This document shows, piece after piece, positions 12,521-25,163 of a stretch of 64,000 bases of DNA. The stretch's first letter is position 1, and each line of letters starts with the position of its first letter. Both the position numbers and the translations under genes were made by a program. The notes under the pieces are model-generated. The model had not been told where the DNA came from and made no database searches. It saw only the letters and a program-made list of their open reading frames with translations. The stretch is from Lama guanicoe. Lineage: Eukaryota. The stretch covers positions 248,001 through 312,000 of the forward strand of contig MU054026.1 in assembly GCA_013239625.1 (NCBI GenBank). Reading direction: 5' to 3'.

Positions 12521-14861
12521 TAAATTAGGGGAAAATTCCATTATTACTTCCACCTTGTAAGTTTTACCTTCCTAAGGGAGTGGGATGCAGAGGGGGAGAG
12601 GGTGGGCTTTGAGTGATAGAATTTAGGACCCAGACAAAAGACTCTAATAGGGAGAGGGAGGCAGAAATTCAACTTTCATCCAGACACCTGCAGAGGGGCT
12701 GGCAATGGGGAGGACAGGGGTGAGGAGGGGTGCAGCCTCTCCCCCAAGGCTTGCAGGGTACCTCTGCTGTCACTCACTGGAGAATGTGTAGCACTCTGCA
12801 AGCTCCCATTATCCCATCACTCTCTCAGATGGTGGGCAGTGGAATCGATATTCCCAAGGCTTTAAAAAGCTCCCAAATGTTGTGCTGCCATTCATTCAGC
12901 AACAGGGGGAGAAATAAGGGAGAGAAAAAAACTGATGTTGGCTTCTTATTTTGCTTATGTGGTTAAAAGCCGCTCCGATGCTGTGGTTCTGGAATAGGTC
13001 CCCTCTTCCTTTGAAAGCATGCTGTGTGATAGACTGTCATTTGTCCCCAGCCTCCAGAAGAGCCAGCTGGCAGCTAAGTGCCAAAGCCAGTGACTTGCAT
13101 GTGTTTTTCTGACATTTAACAAATGGGAACAGCTTGCAAATCTGCATTAACTCACTCTGTCTCACAAATAATCAGGGCCTACGCAGTGTAGACGCTGGGA
13201 ACATTAGCTCCGACACAAAAGAGTGAGAGGCTGGGGTGTTGGCGGGGGGGAGAGGGTGGCGACAGAAAACAAGTCAGCAAATAACGGATGTTTTAACGAA
13301 GAGATGAATGGAACATTCTGGTTCAGAGGGAAGAGTTTTGAAGTCATTTTTGGTTTTCAGCAAGCCCCTGCTAATGGTGCTAAATCTGTCTGTCAATGCC
13401 CAGCTTTGCAGCTTGAAGTCATCTTGCCTGCACGTCCCAAATGCTGATCTGTTGGTTACTTACCCCTTGTAAATGCCATTTCAAATTCCTTATGCTTCGG
13501 AGCCAAGGATCCTTCGAAGGAGCTGTGCTTGACTGCAGGTGGACTTCTGCAATGCTGCACCGCGCAATTAGATTGCGGGCGCTACTCTGACCCTGAATGA
13601 AGGAAAGAAAAGATACCGCGGTTAAAAGGGAACACGCAGACATATATCTGCAGGAAAGTTGTCATCTGCGTGTTCAAGTGTCTGTTACGTGACTTCCTTA
13701 CATATACATAACCCCATACGCTGGGGGACAGTTCCAGCTCATGTTAGCACCATGCGTTTACGATACATTTAGGACACTTTCTCTTCAGGGTGACTCGGCA
13801 TTTGTGGATCAGCTCTATCAATCCCTAAATGCTTCCTTCCATTTAGAAGAGGGCTGTATTTGCGATGTTCCAGTCTCTAGCCTCAAATATCCAAAGAAAA
13901 CAAGTCCCTAAGCATGAATAAAGAAAGAATTAGATACACTGTGGTATTTGGCAAAGGGTTTGGAAAAATCTGTCTGATAGGAGAGGTGAAATAAACTTGG
14001 ACTTTTCTTACACTTTCAGGAAGGATAATGGTGGGGCAGTGTAATCTCCACCCACCTCCTGGGGCTTGTGGGACACCGAGACAGGCCCTCAGATCCTGCG
14101 GAGAGAGCCGTGGAGATGACTTGGGGGATCATAATTACATCACTGGACCCCAGAACTAAGGCATTTTCACAAATGTCCCCAACCATGGGCATGAATGCCC
14201 AACCAGGAGAGCAGCCACCTGGCCCAAGGGAAGGAAATGATGCAGAGCATGGGGTCCAGTCATGGTCAGAACACTTGGGGCGCCGTGTCTCTGTGCCACC
14301 TCAGGACTCAAGGAGAGGGTCTCAGTGAGGACCTTCCTCCTTCCCAAGGGCCTTGATGGAGGAAGCAATAACCCTGAAGACCAAAATCAACTTTCAGGGA
14401 TCAGAAGACCAGGAATGAGCATCCTCAGTGAGCCCTGCTGGCTGAAAGGACCACCACCCTTAGAGACGGAGTGGCAGCCACAAGCAGGACAGACAGTGGT
14501 CGGTAGCCCCACAGCTGAGATTGTGAGGTTTTGGCAAGGGATCCGGCTCAGCAAGGAAGCAGAGGAGAGCACAAGGCGGAGTTGTGGTTCATGGTCACGA
14601 GTCCACGTGGTCAGAATCAGGGGCCCTGCAGCCTCTCCTACAATCCTAACTGAGTAGTTTATGATGCTGGGAAGAAAGACCAGAGGGAAACGTGGTTCAT
14701 CCTTTAGTTCAGGGTATCATGCGTGTAGCCACCACCGGCACTGGACTTGACCCAGCCACCTCTCTGCAATTTCCACAAATTCTGATTTATCCTACGGTAG
14801 GGGTCTGGGGAAAACAAGTTACAGATCATTTGTATACACAGAAAAGTAGCCAATGGAAGAC

Positions 14862-15008
14862 CTTCCTCAGCTTAACCACAAGGTGATGTCTGAAAAATCC
14901 ATTGGAAATTGAAAATACCACAAGTCAAAAATGCACTTCACTGTAGAGCACAGGGAACTATATTCAATATCTTGTAATAACCTTTAATTAAAAGAATACG
15001 AAAATGAA

Positions 15009-15048
<40 letters not shown>

Positions 15049-15515
15049 TATATATGCATGACTGAGACATTGTGCTGTATACCAGAAATTGACACATTGT
15101 AACTTCAATTTTAAAAGAATGCATTTGATACACCTAAGGTACAGAACATCACAGCTTAGCCTAGCCTACCTCAAATGTGACTGACGTTAGCTTACGGACA
15201 GGCAAAATCATGTCATACAGAGCCTATTTGATGGTAAAGTGTTGAACATCTTACGTCATTTATTGAATGCTGTGCCGAAAGGGAAAAGCAGAATGAGGTA
15301 AGTGTATGGAGTTGTTTACCTGTGTGATCATATGACTGTGTGGGAGCTCTGCTCGCTGCCACTGCCCAGCGTCACCAGAGAGCATCCTGGGGCATGTCGC
15401 TGGCCCGGGGAGTGATCAAAGTTCAAAATCTGCTGTACCGTTTGTACTGAATATGTGTCACTTTTGTACCATCATAAAGTCAAAAAATTGTAAGCTGAAC
15501 TATCAACTTGCAAGC
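14862..15515. mobile_element. MER47/Tigger5-like TcMar DNA transposon, interrupted by an L1
   Basis: gaaaatgcattt-gatacacctaaggtacagaacatcacagcttagcctagcctacc matches the recalled MER47 consensus and continues on both sides of the L1. Confidence 0.75.
14939..15114 (+). mobile_element. short L1 3' end containing (GT)n(TA)n, nested in MER47
   Basis: agcacagggaactatattcaatatcttgtaataacc...ccagaaattgacacattgtaac; TSD aaaaatgcactt (14927-14938) / aagaatgcattt (15115-15126). Confidence 0.8.
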
Positions 15516-16329
15516 TGTATTCATCTGAAATGCAAGATAGCTGAGGAATCCATCCCTGCACCTGAATTAAGCAGAGTTTGTTACAACGCAATTCATTTCA
15601 AAAACATTATATCCTACATAAATAATTCTAGGTCCAAATCCTTTATTTTCAATGCCCAAACCTTGTGTTTTGATTAACAGTTACACACACGTCTTCATTT
15701 CTAGTGACATTGCATTAGACCAAGACGCCATCATCTTACCTTCTCTACTACAACAGCATCTCAGCTCACCTCCTCCAATTCCACTTCTGCTCCTGACCGA
15801 CCCACAGACCAGAATGGTTTTCTTCAAAACAGACTCGTCATAAATGTCCTGCCTGAAGCCTTTAGTTAGTATTTCTCAAAATAGACTCCACTAAAAACTC
15901 ACAGGACGGTTCTGGGTGTCGAGGAAAACAGCCTTACTCCACATCAGACCCTGTGATTTCACCACTAGAGCCCACTGCGTTTCTTTCCATGGCATCAGAT
16001 TTTTTTACGATGCCATTTTCAGTGATTTTTAGGATAAGAAATCCAATACCGCATGAAAGTCCATGTGGGACAGAACACAAGAATGAAAGTGTCCAGTCTG
16101 ATTCCAAGGTTTGTGAAGTTGTGGGATGCCCAGCTGGCAAAATGTCCGATGAAGTCAGGACACAGGCTGCTACGCCAGGTCTAGGGTCCTGTTAAGGAAT
16201 TGGCAATGCCTGGTGTGAATATCCCCTCATTAATGCTCAACTATATGTGGCCAAGTCTTTATCCGTATGACTGGCCTTCTGGCTTGGTCTCTTTCTTGTA
16301 TTCTTTCCTCCACCAAGAATGAAGCCTTG

Positions 16330-16740
16330 CTCACAGCTATAGAAACAATAAAAAGATTGTGGTTTCCAGGGGTTTGGGGAGAGGGAGGGAGGGATGAAGA
16401 GATGGAGCACAAGGGATTTTTAGGGCAATGAAATTATTCTGTATGATACTGTAGCGGTGGCTACATGTCATTATGCATTTGTCAAAACCCATAGAATGTG
16501 CAACAACAAGAGTGAGCCCTAATGTAAACTATGGACTTTGGTTGATAATAATGTGCCCGTGTTGGTTCATCGATTGTACCACATACGCCACACTGGTGAG
16601 GGGTGCTGAGGGTAAGGGAGTGTGTATGTGTGGGCGGGGAAGGCTGTGTGAGAACTCTCTGTATTGTCTGCTCAGTTCTGCTGTGAATCTGAAACTGCTC
16701 TAAAAAGATAAAGTCTATTAATAAAAAAAAAGAAATAAAA
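16330..16740 (+). mobile_element. L1MC-type 3' UTR fragment
   Basis: gtcaaaacccatagaatgtgcaacaacaagagtgagccctaatgtaaactatggactttgg...aaactgctctaaaaagataaagtctatt followed by an A-rich tail. Confidence 0.85.
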
Positions 16741-17438
16741 TTGTTTAGATAATTTAAGAAACTTTAAAGTCCTAAAAAGTGACAAACCTTATAAATCTTT
16801 AACTAACTAAACTATTTTCAGCACCAAAAAAAAAAAAATGAAGCCTTGTTATAAACCCCTAAGCATTCAGCCAGGGTCCTGATCCCCCCTTCCCCACTCT
16901 GCCTGGGCCCTTCTCCCAGGACTGGCCCCCATGTCTACATCCCTTCTCTCAGTTTAGCCCTCTTTGAACCCTAGCTCTAAGCCAGAGACTGCGGTCTGCT
17001 ACCACTGAGAAGCTCTTCCTTTCCAGCTTACCTCTCCCTCCCCCCCACCCCCATCTTTCAACAGAAATAAAAAAATTATTGAGCACTTCTGTGTCTCAGT
17101 CCCTGAGACAACGTAATAGTCATGCAGACAAAATTTAATGTGCACAGTGGTTGAGACAGATGATAAACAGGTACACACACACAGAGAAAGAGTGCTGTTT
17201 TCTGCTGGTATTAAATGATCCCATTTGTCCATCAACACGAGCTTGGGCTGAACTCGAGTTAGTTCTGCCTTTTGTCCCTGGCATTTTCTATTTCTGGCTC
17301 CTCCCAGAGAGACAGGGACCACTGCTGCTACCACAGTCAGCTCACCTCCCACATCTCCTGGGCAAGTCTCCCTCGTTTATTTCTGCTGCAAGCTCCCCAC
17401 ATCCTACGAACTCAAGTTCAAACTACTTAGAACATGCC

Positions 17439-17502
17439 TATAATGGTTAATTTTGTGTGTCAACTTGGCTGGGTCACAAAGTGCCCAGATATATATATGT
17501 CC

Positions 17503-17552
<50 letters not shown>

Positions 17553-18025
17553 AGATAGATATGTGTGTGTGTGTGTGTGTGTGTCAGATAGATATGTGTG
17601 TGTGTGTGTGTGTGTAACATTATTCTGGGTATTTCTGTACAAGTGTTCTTGGATAATGTTAACTTTTGTAATCAGTGGACGTTGAGCAAAGCAGACTGTC
17701 CTCCATAACGTGGGCAGGCTTCGTCCAGTTAGTTGAAGACCTGAGTAGAACAAAAATGCTTCCTCTCCAGCGAGAGAGAACGCTCCAGCAGACAGACTTT
17801 GAACGTTGTCTGTGACATTACCTCTCCCTGGCTCTGCAGCAGATGGCCTTGGGACTCAGACTGGAACGTTGGCTCTCCTGGGTCTCCAGCTTGCTGGCCC
17901 GCCCTGCCAGCCTTGGCTCTTGCCAGCGCCCATGTGAGCCCATTTCCTATATTAAGCTCTCTTCCTATGATATATGTCTACACATTCTATTTGTTCTGTT
18001 TCTCCGAAAAGTCCTGACTGAGACA
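17439..18025 (+). mobile_element. MLT2 (ERVL) solo LTR
   Basis: taatggttaattttgtgtgtcaacttggctggg...aacattattctggg...ttctgtttctccgaaaagtcctgactgagaca. Confidence 0.8.
17488..17614. repeat. compound (TA)n/(TG)n microsatellite with a repeated CAGATAGATA spacer
   Basis: directly visible. Confidence 0.9.
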
Positions 18026-18399
18026 ACTCCCTATGACCACTTGGAAATTCAAAGTGACTTCCTCCCCCAAACTAACAAAATCTAAGATACCTACAGCTGA
18101 GACCAAGGTCAAATAGTCCGTAGCAATCCAAGACGTGCTTGCTGATGGACTGACTCACCAACTACGGGAAGCAGCAATGATATCAATTGCTGGGTTTAGG
18201 AGTATAAAATTCATGCACAGATGAAAGATCAACACATTTCACGAAGCACCAGAAGCCAAAACTACTGAAAAGAGAACCAGCTAGGGAAACTGATCACATG
18301 TGCTAATTACAAGGAGACGAAATTAGGGCGGGGGATTGGAAGCTTGATTTATTCTCAAAATCAATGTGTCAAAAGTGGCAGAAGCAGGAGACTTGGATC

Positions 18400-18560
18400 C
18401 TTTTACTTGCATTTGTAATGTCGAGTATAAAGTGTGGACAGTAATATCACCTACCTCACAAGGTTGTCAGGAGGACTGAACGAGAGACTGAAAGAGAAGC
18501 GTTTAGACAGTGCCCCACTGTGCGTGCTAAGTGCTCAGTCAGTGGTGCCTGCTCTCATTA
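18400..18560 (+). mobile_element. MIR SINE fragment
   Basis: gtaatatcacctacctcacaaggttgtcaggaggactgaacgaga...taagtgctcagt. Confidence 0.65.
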
Positions 18561-18788
18561 CTTTTCTGCACCGTATTTTGAAATGTTAAGGTCAGATAAG
18601 TACCTAGAAGTGCAAAGAAATAGGACAGGAATAAAAACATAAACAGGTTAATACAATATTATCCTAAGGAATATTAATTTATTAATGTATTTCAAGCCTT
18701 CCTTCCCACCATGAGAAACGCAAAGGTAATAGAATCTGACACCTCCCCTGAATACAGCCACTTGCTAGATCAGTTAACAATCTATCAA

Positions 18789-19475
18789 GCGTATACCCAG
18801 AAGGAACTCTACTTCAAAATGACACCTGAACCCCAGTGTTCATAGCAGCACTATTTACAATAGCCAAGACACGGAAACAGCCTAAATGTCCATCAACAGA
18901 TGATTGGATAAAGAAGATGTGGTATATTTATTTATACAATGGAATACTATTCAGCCATTAAAAATGACAACATAACATCATTTGCAGCAACATGGATGTT
19001 CCTGGAGAATGTCATTCTAAGTGAAGTAAGCCAGAAAGAGAAAGGAAAATACCGTATGAGATCGCTTATATGTGGAATCTAAAAAACAAACAAACCATAA
19101 ATACAAAACAGAAATAGACTCATAGACATAGAATACAAACTTGTGGTTGCCAAGGAGGTGGAGGGTGGGAAGGGATAGATGGGATTTCAGAATTGTAGAA
19201 TAGATAATAAACAAGATTATACTGTATAGCCCAGGGAAATATATACAAGAGAACAGAGATTATGAAATGCAGAATAGATAAACAAGATTATACTGTATAG
19301 CATAGGGAAATATATACAGGATCTTGTGGTGGCTCACAGCAAAAGAGAATGTGACAATGAATTACGTATGTTCATGTATAACTGAAAAATTGTGCTCTAC
19401 ACTGGAATTTGACACAACATTGTAGAATGACTATAACTCAATAAAAAAAAGTTAAAATATATATATATATATATA
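18789..19475 (+). mobile_element. lineage-specific L1: ORF2 C-terminus plus 3' UTR, disrupted
   Basis: translates VYPEGTLLQNDT*TPVFIAALFTIAKTRKQPKCPSTDDWIKKMWY, then after a frameshift ...MFLENVILSEVSQKEKGKYRMRSLICGI*; ends ctcaataaaaaaaa. Confidence 0.9.
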
Positions 19476-20597
19476 AACAAATGCAATTGCATATAAAATA
19501 TTTAGAAGCCACTAGAGAATTTCAAGTACCATGTGGTAGAAGTTCATGGAGAAGAAAGAAATTGCTTCCTACAGGAAAATCAGGAAAGCAAGGGGCATGG
19601 AGCTGGTTTTGGAGGACGGAGATCCCTTGTGTATGTGGACGTTAGAAATGAGGGGAGGAAAACAGCCACATCATGGAGCATCTTCATGGCCAGAAAGTGG
19701 TCCAGGTTGTTGTGGGCAAGGGGAGAGAGAGGCAGACATGTCCCAGAGAAGTAAGATGACTTTCCCAAGGCCATATAGTCAGGATGGGATTTGATTCCTA
19801 TGCCCGATTCCAAAGCCCTGCCTTCTACTACCCAGCTCCATGAACAAAAGAGTAAAATAAAATAAAAAGTAAATTTGGTCCCAATATCATCAAGAAAATA
19901 GCATTCATGTTTGATTCCCCAACCCCTCAACACAACATCTAACCTACAGTAAGCGGATACTATAAAATGTATCAGGAAGAGGGTAACAAAGTGACATAGC
20001 ATGGAAGGCCAGTTTGTTATAAGGTGAAGGATTAGTATATTCAATGAAATTTCACCAGAGTATGTTCAAATGCCTCCTGACCACTATCCAGAATTACAAA
20101 TGATGGAAACTCTCCCGAAAGATGTTCTGACTCTCTTTTGCATGCCTGTCTCAGCAACCTGGAAAACTCCTATATGTATGACTATATGTCACCTCTCTGA
20201 GGTCCCATTTCTGCTCTTACTACCTTCTAATTACAAGCTAAATAGTCCTACCAAATCCTGTCTAGTAATCTACAGGCAAATTCTAATCCCAATTTGGAAA
20301 GCCCTTTATGGGGCATTTGACACTAATCACCATTTCTACGCTCACCGTGAACTCAATTCATGAAGAGGCTTCTGGTTGAGTGAGGCCACGGTGTCTCCTG
20401 TGCATTTCACTTATCTGACAGACTCTACCGTGGAGTCAGGACATGCCACCATGACGGACCTGTGCACAAACTTCCACCCCCTCAAGGCTTTCTTGAGCAT
20501 TCTTAGACTTCTCATAGACCTGTCCAATATAGTGACTCTCACCCAGCCAACAGCAAGTTCGTATGAGGCCAGGCATGTGCATATATATATGCATGTG

Positions 20598-20629
<32 letters not shown>

Positions 20630-21437
20630 TTCACTTTGACAACTTCTTCCTGGTCTCCAAACCATCATTCTTGATGCTGGCAAGATCATTTCTCTTCCAA
20701 TATATACAAAATGTATGTTCACTATTTTCCAGGAAATTCATTGCATTTATTCAGCTAATATACTTATGTAGCCCCTCCTCTGGGCCAGGCACAGTGCAGG
20801 ATGCCAGTAAGATGGCAGGCATTCCCTGTAAACAAACAACCAACATGAAGACGAGAAACACTGAGTTTAGAAACTCACACACCTCCGTTGGAGGGGCAGC
20901 CTGGTATGCGAAACCAGGGGACAAAGTTTCGTAATTTGGACCTGCCTTTAAAAATCTACCCATATTTTTATTTTTTATATAAAAATTTAGGGAAAGGGAC
21001 TGAATGAGGAATATTCCTTCTAGCTCTAAAGGTATAAACTTAGAAATCTATTCAAGATCTCCTGAAACTTCCCATGTCCCACTACATAGAAAAATACCTG
21101 TAATTTACCATAATTTATCTCATCTTGTACTTCATCAGTAGGCTCCTCACGTTGGCTATCCATGTTTTCTCCATTATAACCCTATTCCACATTCCTAATA
21201 GAATCTCCTACAATTTACCGCTTATACATACCCTAATTTTCAATCCAGTTCGACCCCTGACAGTGTCCTAAAATCACCCCACATTCTCCCATCCAAATGC
21301 CTTTGCTGTCAGTCTTCTTTTGCTGTGAAGTGTCTTTTCCCACCATCTCTAGTAAAAGGCCACACTTTTCTGTATGGCTCAACAAAAATGTTTCCTAGTC
21401 CATAAAATTTGCCCTACTTGCTTCAGTTAATAATGAT

Positions 21438-21760
21438 GAAAGAGGGAGGAAGGAAGGAAGGGAAGAGAAGAGAGGGGAAGGAAGGAAGGAAGGAAGGAAG
21501 GGAGGAAGGAAGGAAGGAAGGAAGGAAGGAAGGAAGGAAGGAAGGAAAGAGAAGAGAGGGGAAGGAAGAAAGAGAGGGGAGGAGGGAGGGAGGGAAGGAA
21601 GGAAGGAGGGAGGGAGGGAGGGAAGGAAGGAAGAAAAGAGAAGAGAAGGAAAGGAAGGAAGGGAGGAGTGAAGGAAGAAAGGAAGGAGGGAAAGAAGGAA
21701 GGAAGGAAGGAAGGAAGTGAAAGGAAGGGAAGAGAAAGGAAGGGAGGAAAGAAAGAAGGA
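21438..21760. repeat. GGAA/GGGA/GAAA polypurine low-complexity tract
   Basis: ~320 bp almost purely purine on the + strand. Confidence 0.95.
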
Positions 21761-23479
21761 TGCTGCAAGGAGAAGGGTGGTGGGTGGTGTGGTGTCTGTA
21801 TAGTTCCTTCATCACTTCTTGGCTCCCTTCTGTGGATGAAATAAGGTGCTCTCTACTGCCATCGGTGACAGGAAAGACCACTGGGATCTTGGGCAGTTGA
21901 TCGACCTGCAGGGGTACTCCTCTCAGCATTTTGACATGGAAGCTGCTACATCTTGAAGAAGCTCGTTTCACATTCCCATCTTCTCAATCAGGTATATTAT
22001 AACAAGAAATTACTGGAAGCATGGACTATTTGGTCAAGCTGAATCCCCCATCTGAAAGCAGCAGAGTGTGGGGCTTTTCCTCCCCATCCATATTCAAAAG
22101 GCAGCCCTCTGCCTTGATAAGTGGTTCCTTAGGGTTATAGATGAGCTTTGCCCTGGGTATTACCCCGGCCCTCAGCTTACTCTTAACATTTTGCTAATGC
22201 ATTCCTTTGTCATAATCTTCAGGGGTTTACAGGGAAATTTGGGCCATATGATAAATTGATATTATGTTCTGACTAATACAAATAATTGCTTACTTTATAA
22301 ATTTTACCCACAGCAATTCATTGTCGTAAACAATGTTTCTAATACTCTCCCAAGAAGATGCTGGTGGGGGTGCATGAAGTAGGAACAATAACACGGTTAT
22401 ACACCATTACATGATCTGGATCTGCCTTTCCTACAACACAGAAGACTCATGTATGTTAAGCTCAAGTTTCTCAGACCTCATAAACCCACGGAAAACGAAA
22501 TCATAAAATATCTGATTTAGAGCCCCTGTCACCAAAAGATTGTAAAGCTCCATCTACCTCTTACTCCCACATCCTTCCCTCTCTCTTCACTGGTTATCTC
22601 ATAAGTCCTACACGTAGCCAGTAGAAATGGCTACAGGATGAAGATTCTTGGGGGAACAAGAGTGTGTGCAGGTTAAAAATGATGCAATATTGAAAATCAT
22701 TCTTTGGCATGAAGCTGAAGCATCGTGCTGGTGCAGACAAAGTCAACGAGCCCCCAGCTCCCTGTATAGGAATGGCCATTTTACATGTCACTTGGTTGAG
22801 AATTTCAGCACTAGGGGTAGACTATGAGTGCCACCCTTTCTGGAATATCCAATCATTCCATATACAAAAGGATCCTGGAGGTCCACGGAACAACAGGAGT
22901 CCACATTGTCCAACCATAATATGCTTTGGAATGCTCCCTAGATAGTACAATAATTATATGCATGGAAAGAGGAAATGGTTTTGTTGCATCATCACTGACC
23001 TGCATCTCTCAAAGAGCCAACTGATCCTTGCTTCCAGCACTGGCTGCGAAGCACTCAACAACCTTCTACAAGGTAACTCATATGATCCGCATTTCACTGC
23101 TATGAAAATATACTCATCTGTGTCTTGGAACTTGTTCAGCCCATCTCAGAATCTTCTGGAAAAGCAAAAAAAAAAAAAAAGGGAGGGGCATTTTTGAGAT
23201 AGAAAATGAAAAAAGAGAGAGAGTATTTTCCCTTCGTACGTCTACTTCCGAAATTCTTCATTTTGTTCTGAAAGATCTAGTGAAGACATTTAAGATTTTT
23301 AAGAAAATGAAGAGATCCTCTATAATGTTAAACTACAAAGACTCAAAGGAAGTGCAAGAACTGACATGATATAGAAGTTAACTGTTTTTTATTATATGTT
23401 ATATTAGTTTTACTCCATTACAGTTTAGCATATAGTTTCATGTATGTCAAGTTATTGCTTTTCACAGCCAACACAGAAA

Positions 23480-23620
23480 ATGTCATTCATCTCTATTTCT
23501 CAGAGGTGGAAAAAATGTCAGAGAAGTTAAATGGCTTTCTCAAATTTATCCAAATAAATGTTGGCGGAGCCAAAATTAGAGAGCCTTTTAATTCTTAAAT
23601 GAATATGCTTCCATTTCACT
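23480..23620 (-). mobile_element. MIR SINE fragment
   Basis: ctctatttctcagaggtggaaaaaatgtcagagaagttaaatggcttt. Confidence 0.55.
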
Positions 23621-23799
23621 ACAAACCCTTTTTCACAAAAGGTTAGGAATGGTGGTGGGGAGAGGGCTTATGACGTTGCGGAATATCAGAATTGGGAAAG
23701 GTAGAGTGGAGAGACATTTAAAAATTGAAAAAATGATTTTAAGATGAATAAAATTGATATTAAGGCATTTTAGCAAAGCTATCGTGCAGACAAATTCTG

Positions 23800-24030
23800 C
23801 AATCATAATACCTGAATTAGAATTCCAGCTCTCTCACTTACTTCAAGTGTGTTCTAAGGCAAATAACCTTCCAAGAAGTCTCGATGTGATTGTCTGTAAA
23901 ATGGGGGTTATCACAGTATCATCCTTCTCAAGGTTGCTATAAGGATACAATGAAACAACGCATGTAGATGTGGTAAAGCACATAGTTTATTAAAACATAA
24001 TAAATACTTAATACATCTTAACAATTATCA
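23800..24030 (+). mobile_element. MIR SINE
   Basis: ttagaattccagctctctcacttac...gtctgtaaaatgggggttatcacagtatc. Confidence 0.65.
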
Positions 24031-25065
24031 TTTCGCACAAGTTGTAACACCAGCTAGAAATTTAAAACAGCTCAAAAGTGTTTGATACAAATTCATAGAT
24101 AACAGATCAAGAGGTGTTCTTGAGAAGATTCAGAGTATTTGGAAAACATTCTTAACTCCTTAACTCCAAAGAAAAGGGCCAAGGCCCCCCACAGTCTCTC
24201 CTTTTGTGCCTTGCTAGAATAAATCCTAGGCAGATAGAACACAGAGCTTAATATTCGTATTCATAGAAAACTTTTTGGCTTGGTTAATACATCCTTAAGA
24301 CTATTGACTTCTGGAGGGCAAGGACTGAGTCTCCTTTAGATGATCTAAAACGCTCCCAAAGACCAATACACTGCTCTGCACTCAACGAAATAATTTTAAT
24401 CCTTTATTTTTTGATGGGAAAAAAACATGAGGTACTTGGAGAGATTTACCAACAGCAATTGATTGTGAAAACCAGCAATTAAATTTCATCAAGCAAAGTT
24501 AACAGCAGGCAGAAACCAAGGAAATAGGCACCAAGAAAATGGGGAACTGAGGCAGCAATTGCTTGGAATAGAAAATACCTGCAGAAGAGCATTTAGTGTG
24601 TAATTTTACGCTAAGCATTACATGTGATCCTCTTGAGGGCCCTGAAAGGTAGGGTAGGGTTTCCACTGATGGTTCTGAGACTCAGAGAGAGGAAATGTCC
24701 GGCTTATACACACAGCTGGTACATTAATATACAAGACAAAGACAAAGCCTTGAATTTGTTTTTTTTAAAGGTAAATGGTGTTTGAGGAAATCCTGTTTCA
24801 ACTTTCTGTGTTTGAAGGTATTTACATGGACAATCATTTTCTGGCTCTTTTCTTTAACTATGAAGATCATCATACTTTTAGGCTGCAGGTAAGTTTTGTT
24901 TTTTAATGGAGCTATGGTTGCTAAGGTGTAATATTTGATAATTCATGGTATTGCTCTGAAAACCTGACCCCATAGCCTGAAATGTTGAAATATAAATCTG
25001 AATGTCAACGTATACGTACATTCGCATCTACCACCATTTCAGTCCATGTGATAGAATAATGTTGT

Positions 25066-25163
25066 GGGGGGTTGGGGGCGGGTATAGCTCAGTGGTAGAG
25101 CACATGCTTAGCGTGCACAAGGTCCTGGGTTCAATCCCCACCACCTCCATTTAACAAAAAAAA
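25066..25163 (+). mobile_element. tRNA-Ala(AGC)-derived SINE (vic-1-like), short form
   Basis: ggtatagctcagtggtagagcacatgcttagcgtgcacaaggtcctgggttcaatccccaccacctcca plus A tail; TSD aataatgttgt (25055-25065) / aagaatgctgt (25164-25174). Confidence 0.85.

Noticed and set aside
14068..14657. Overlapping 60-131 aa ORFs in a GC-richer patch
   Set aside because: No recognisable domain or consistent splice signals; consistent with chance ORFs.
18755..18790. Possible twin-priming 5' inversion of the L1
   Set aside because: Similarity to antisense L1 is too short and degenerate, and no TSD was found.
21409..21971. ORFs of 103-182 aa (KEGR / PSFL repeats)
   Set aside because: These are translations of the GGAA low-complexity tract, which simply lacks stop codons.
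25076..25149. Apparent tRNA-Ala(AGC) gene
   Set aside because: Stem mismatches, a poly(A) tail, a TSD and two sibling copies indicate a SINE or retrocopy.
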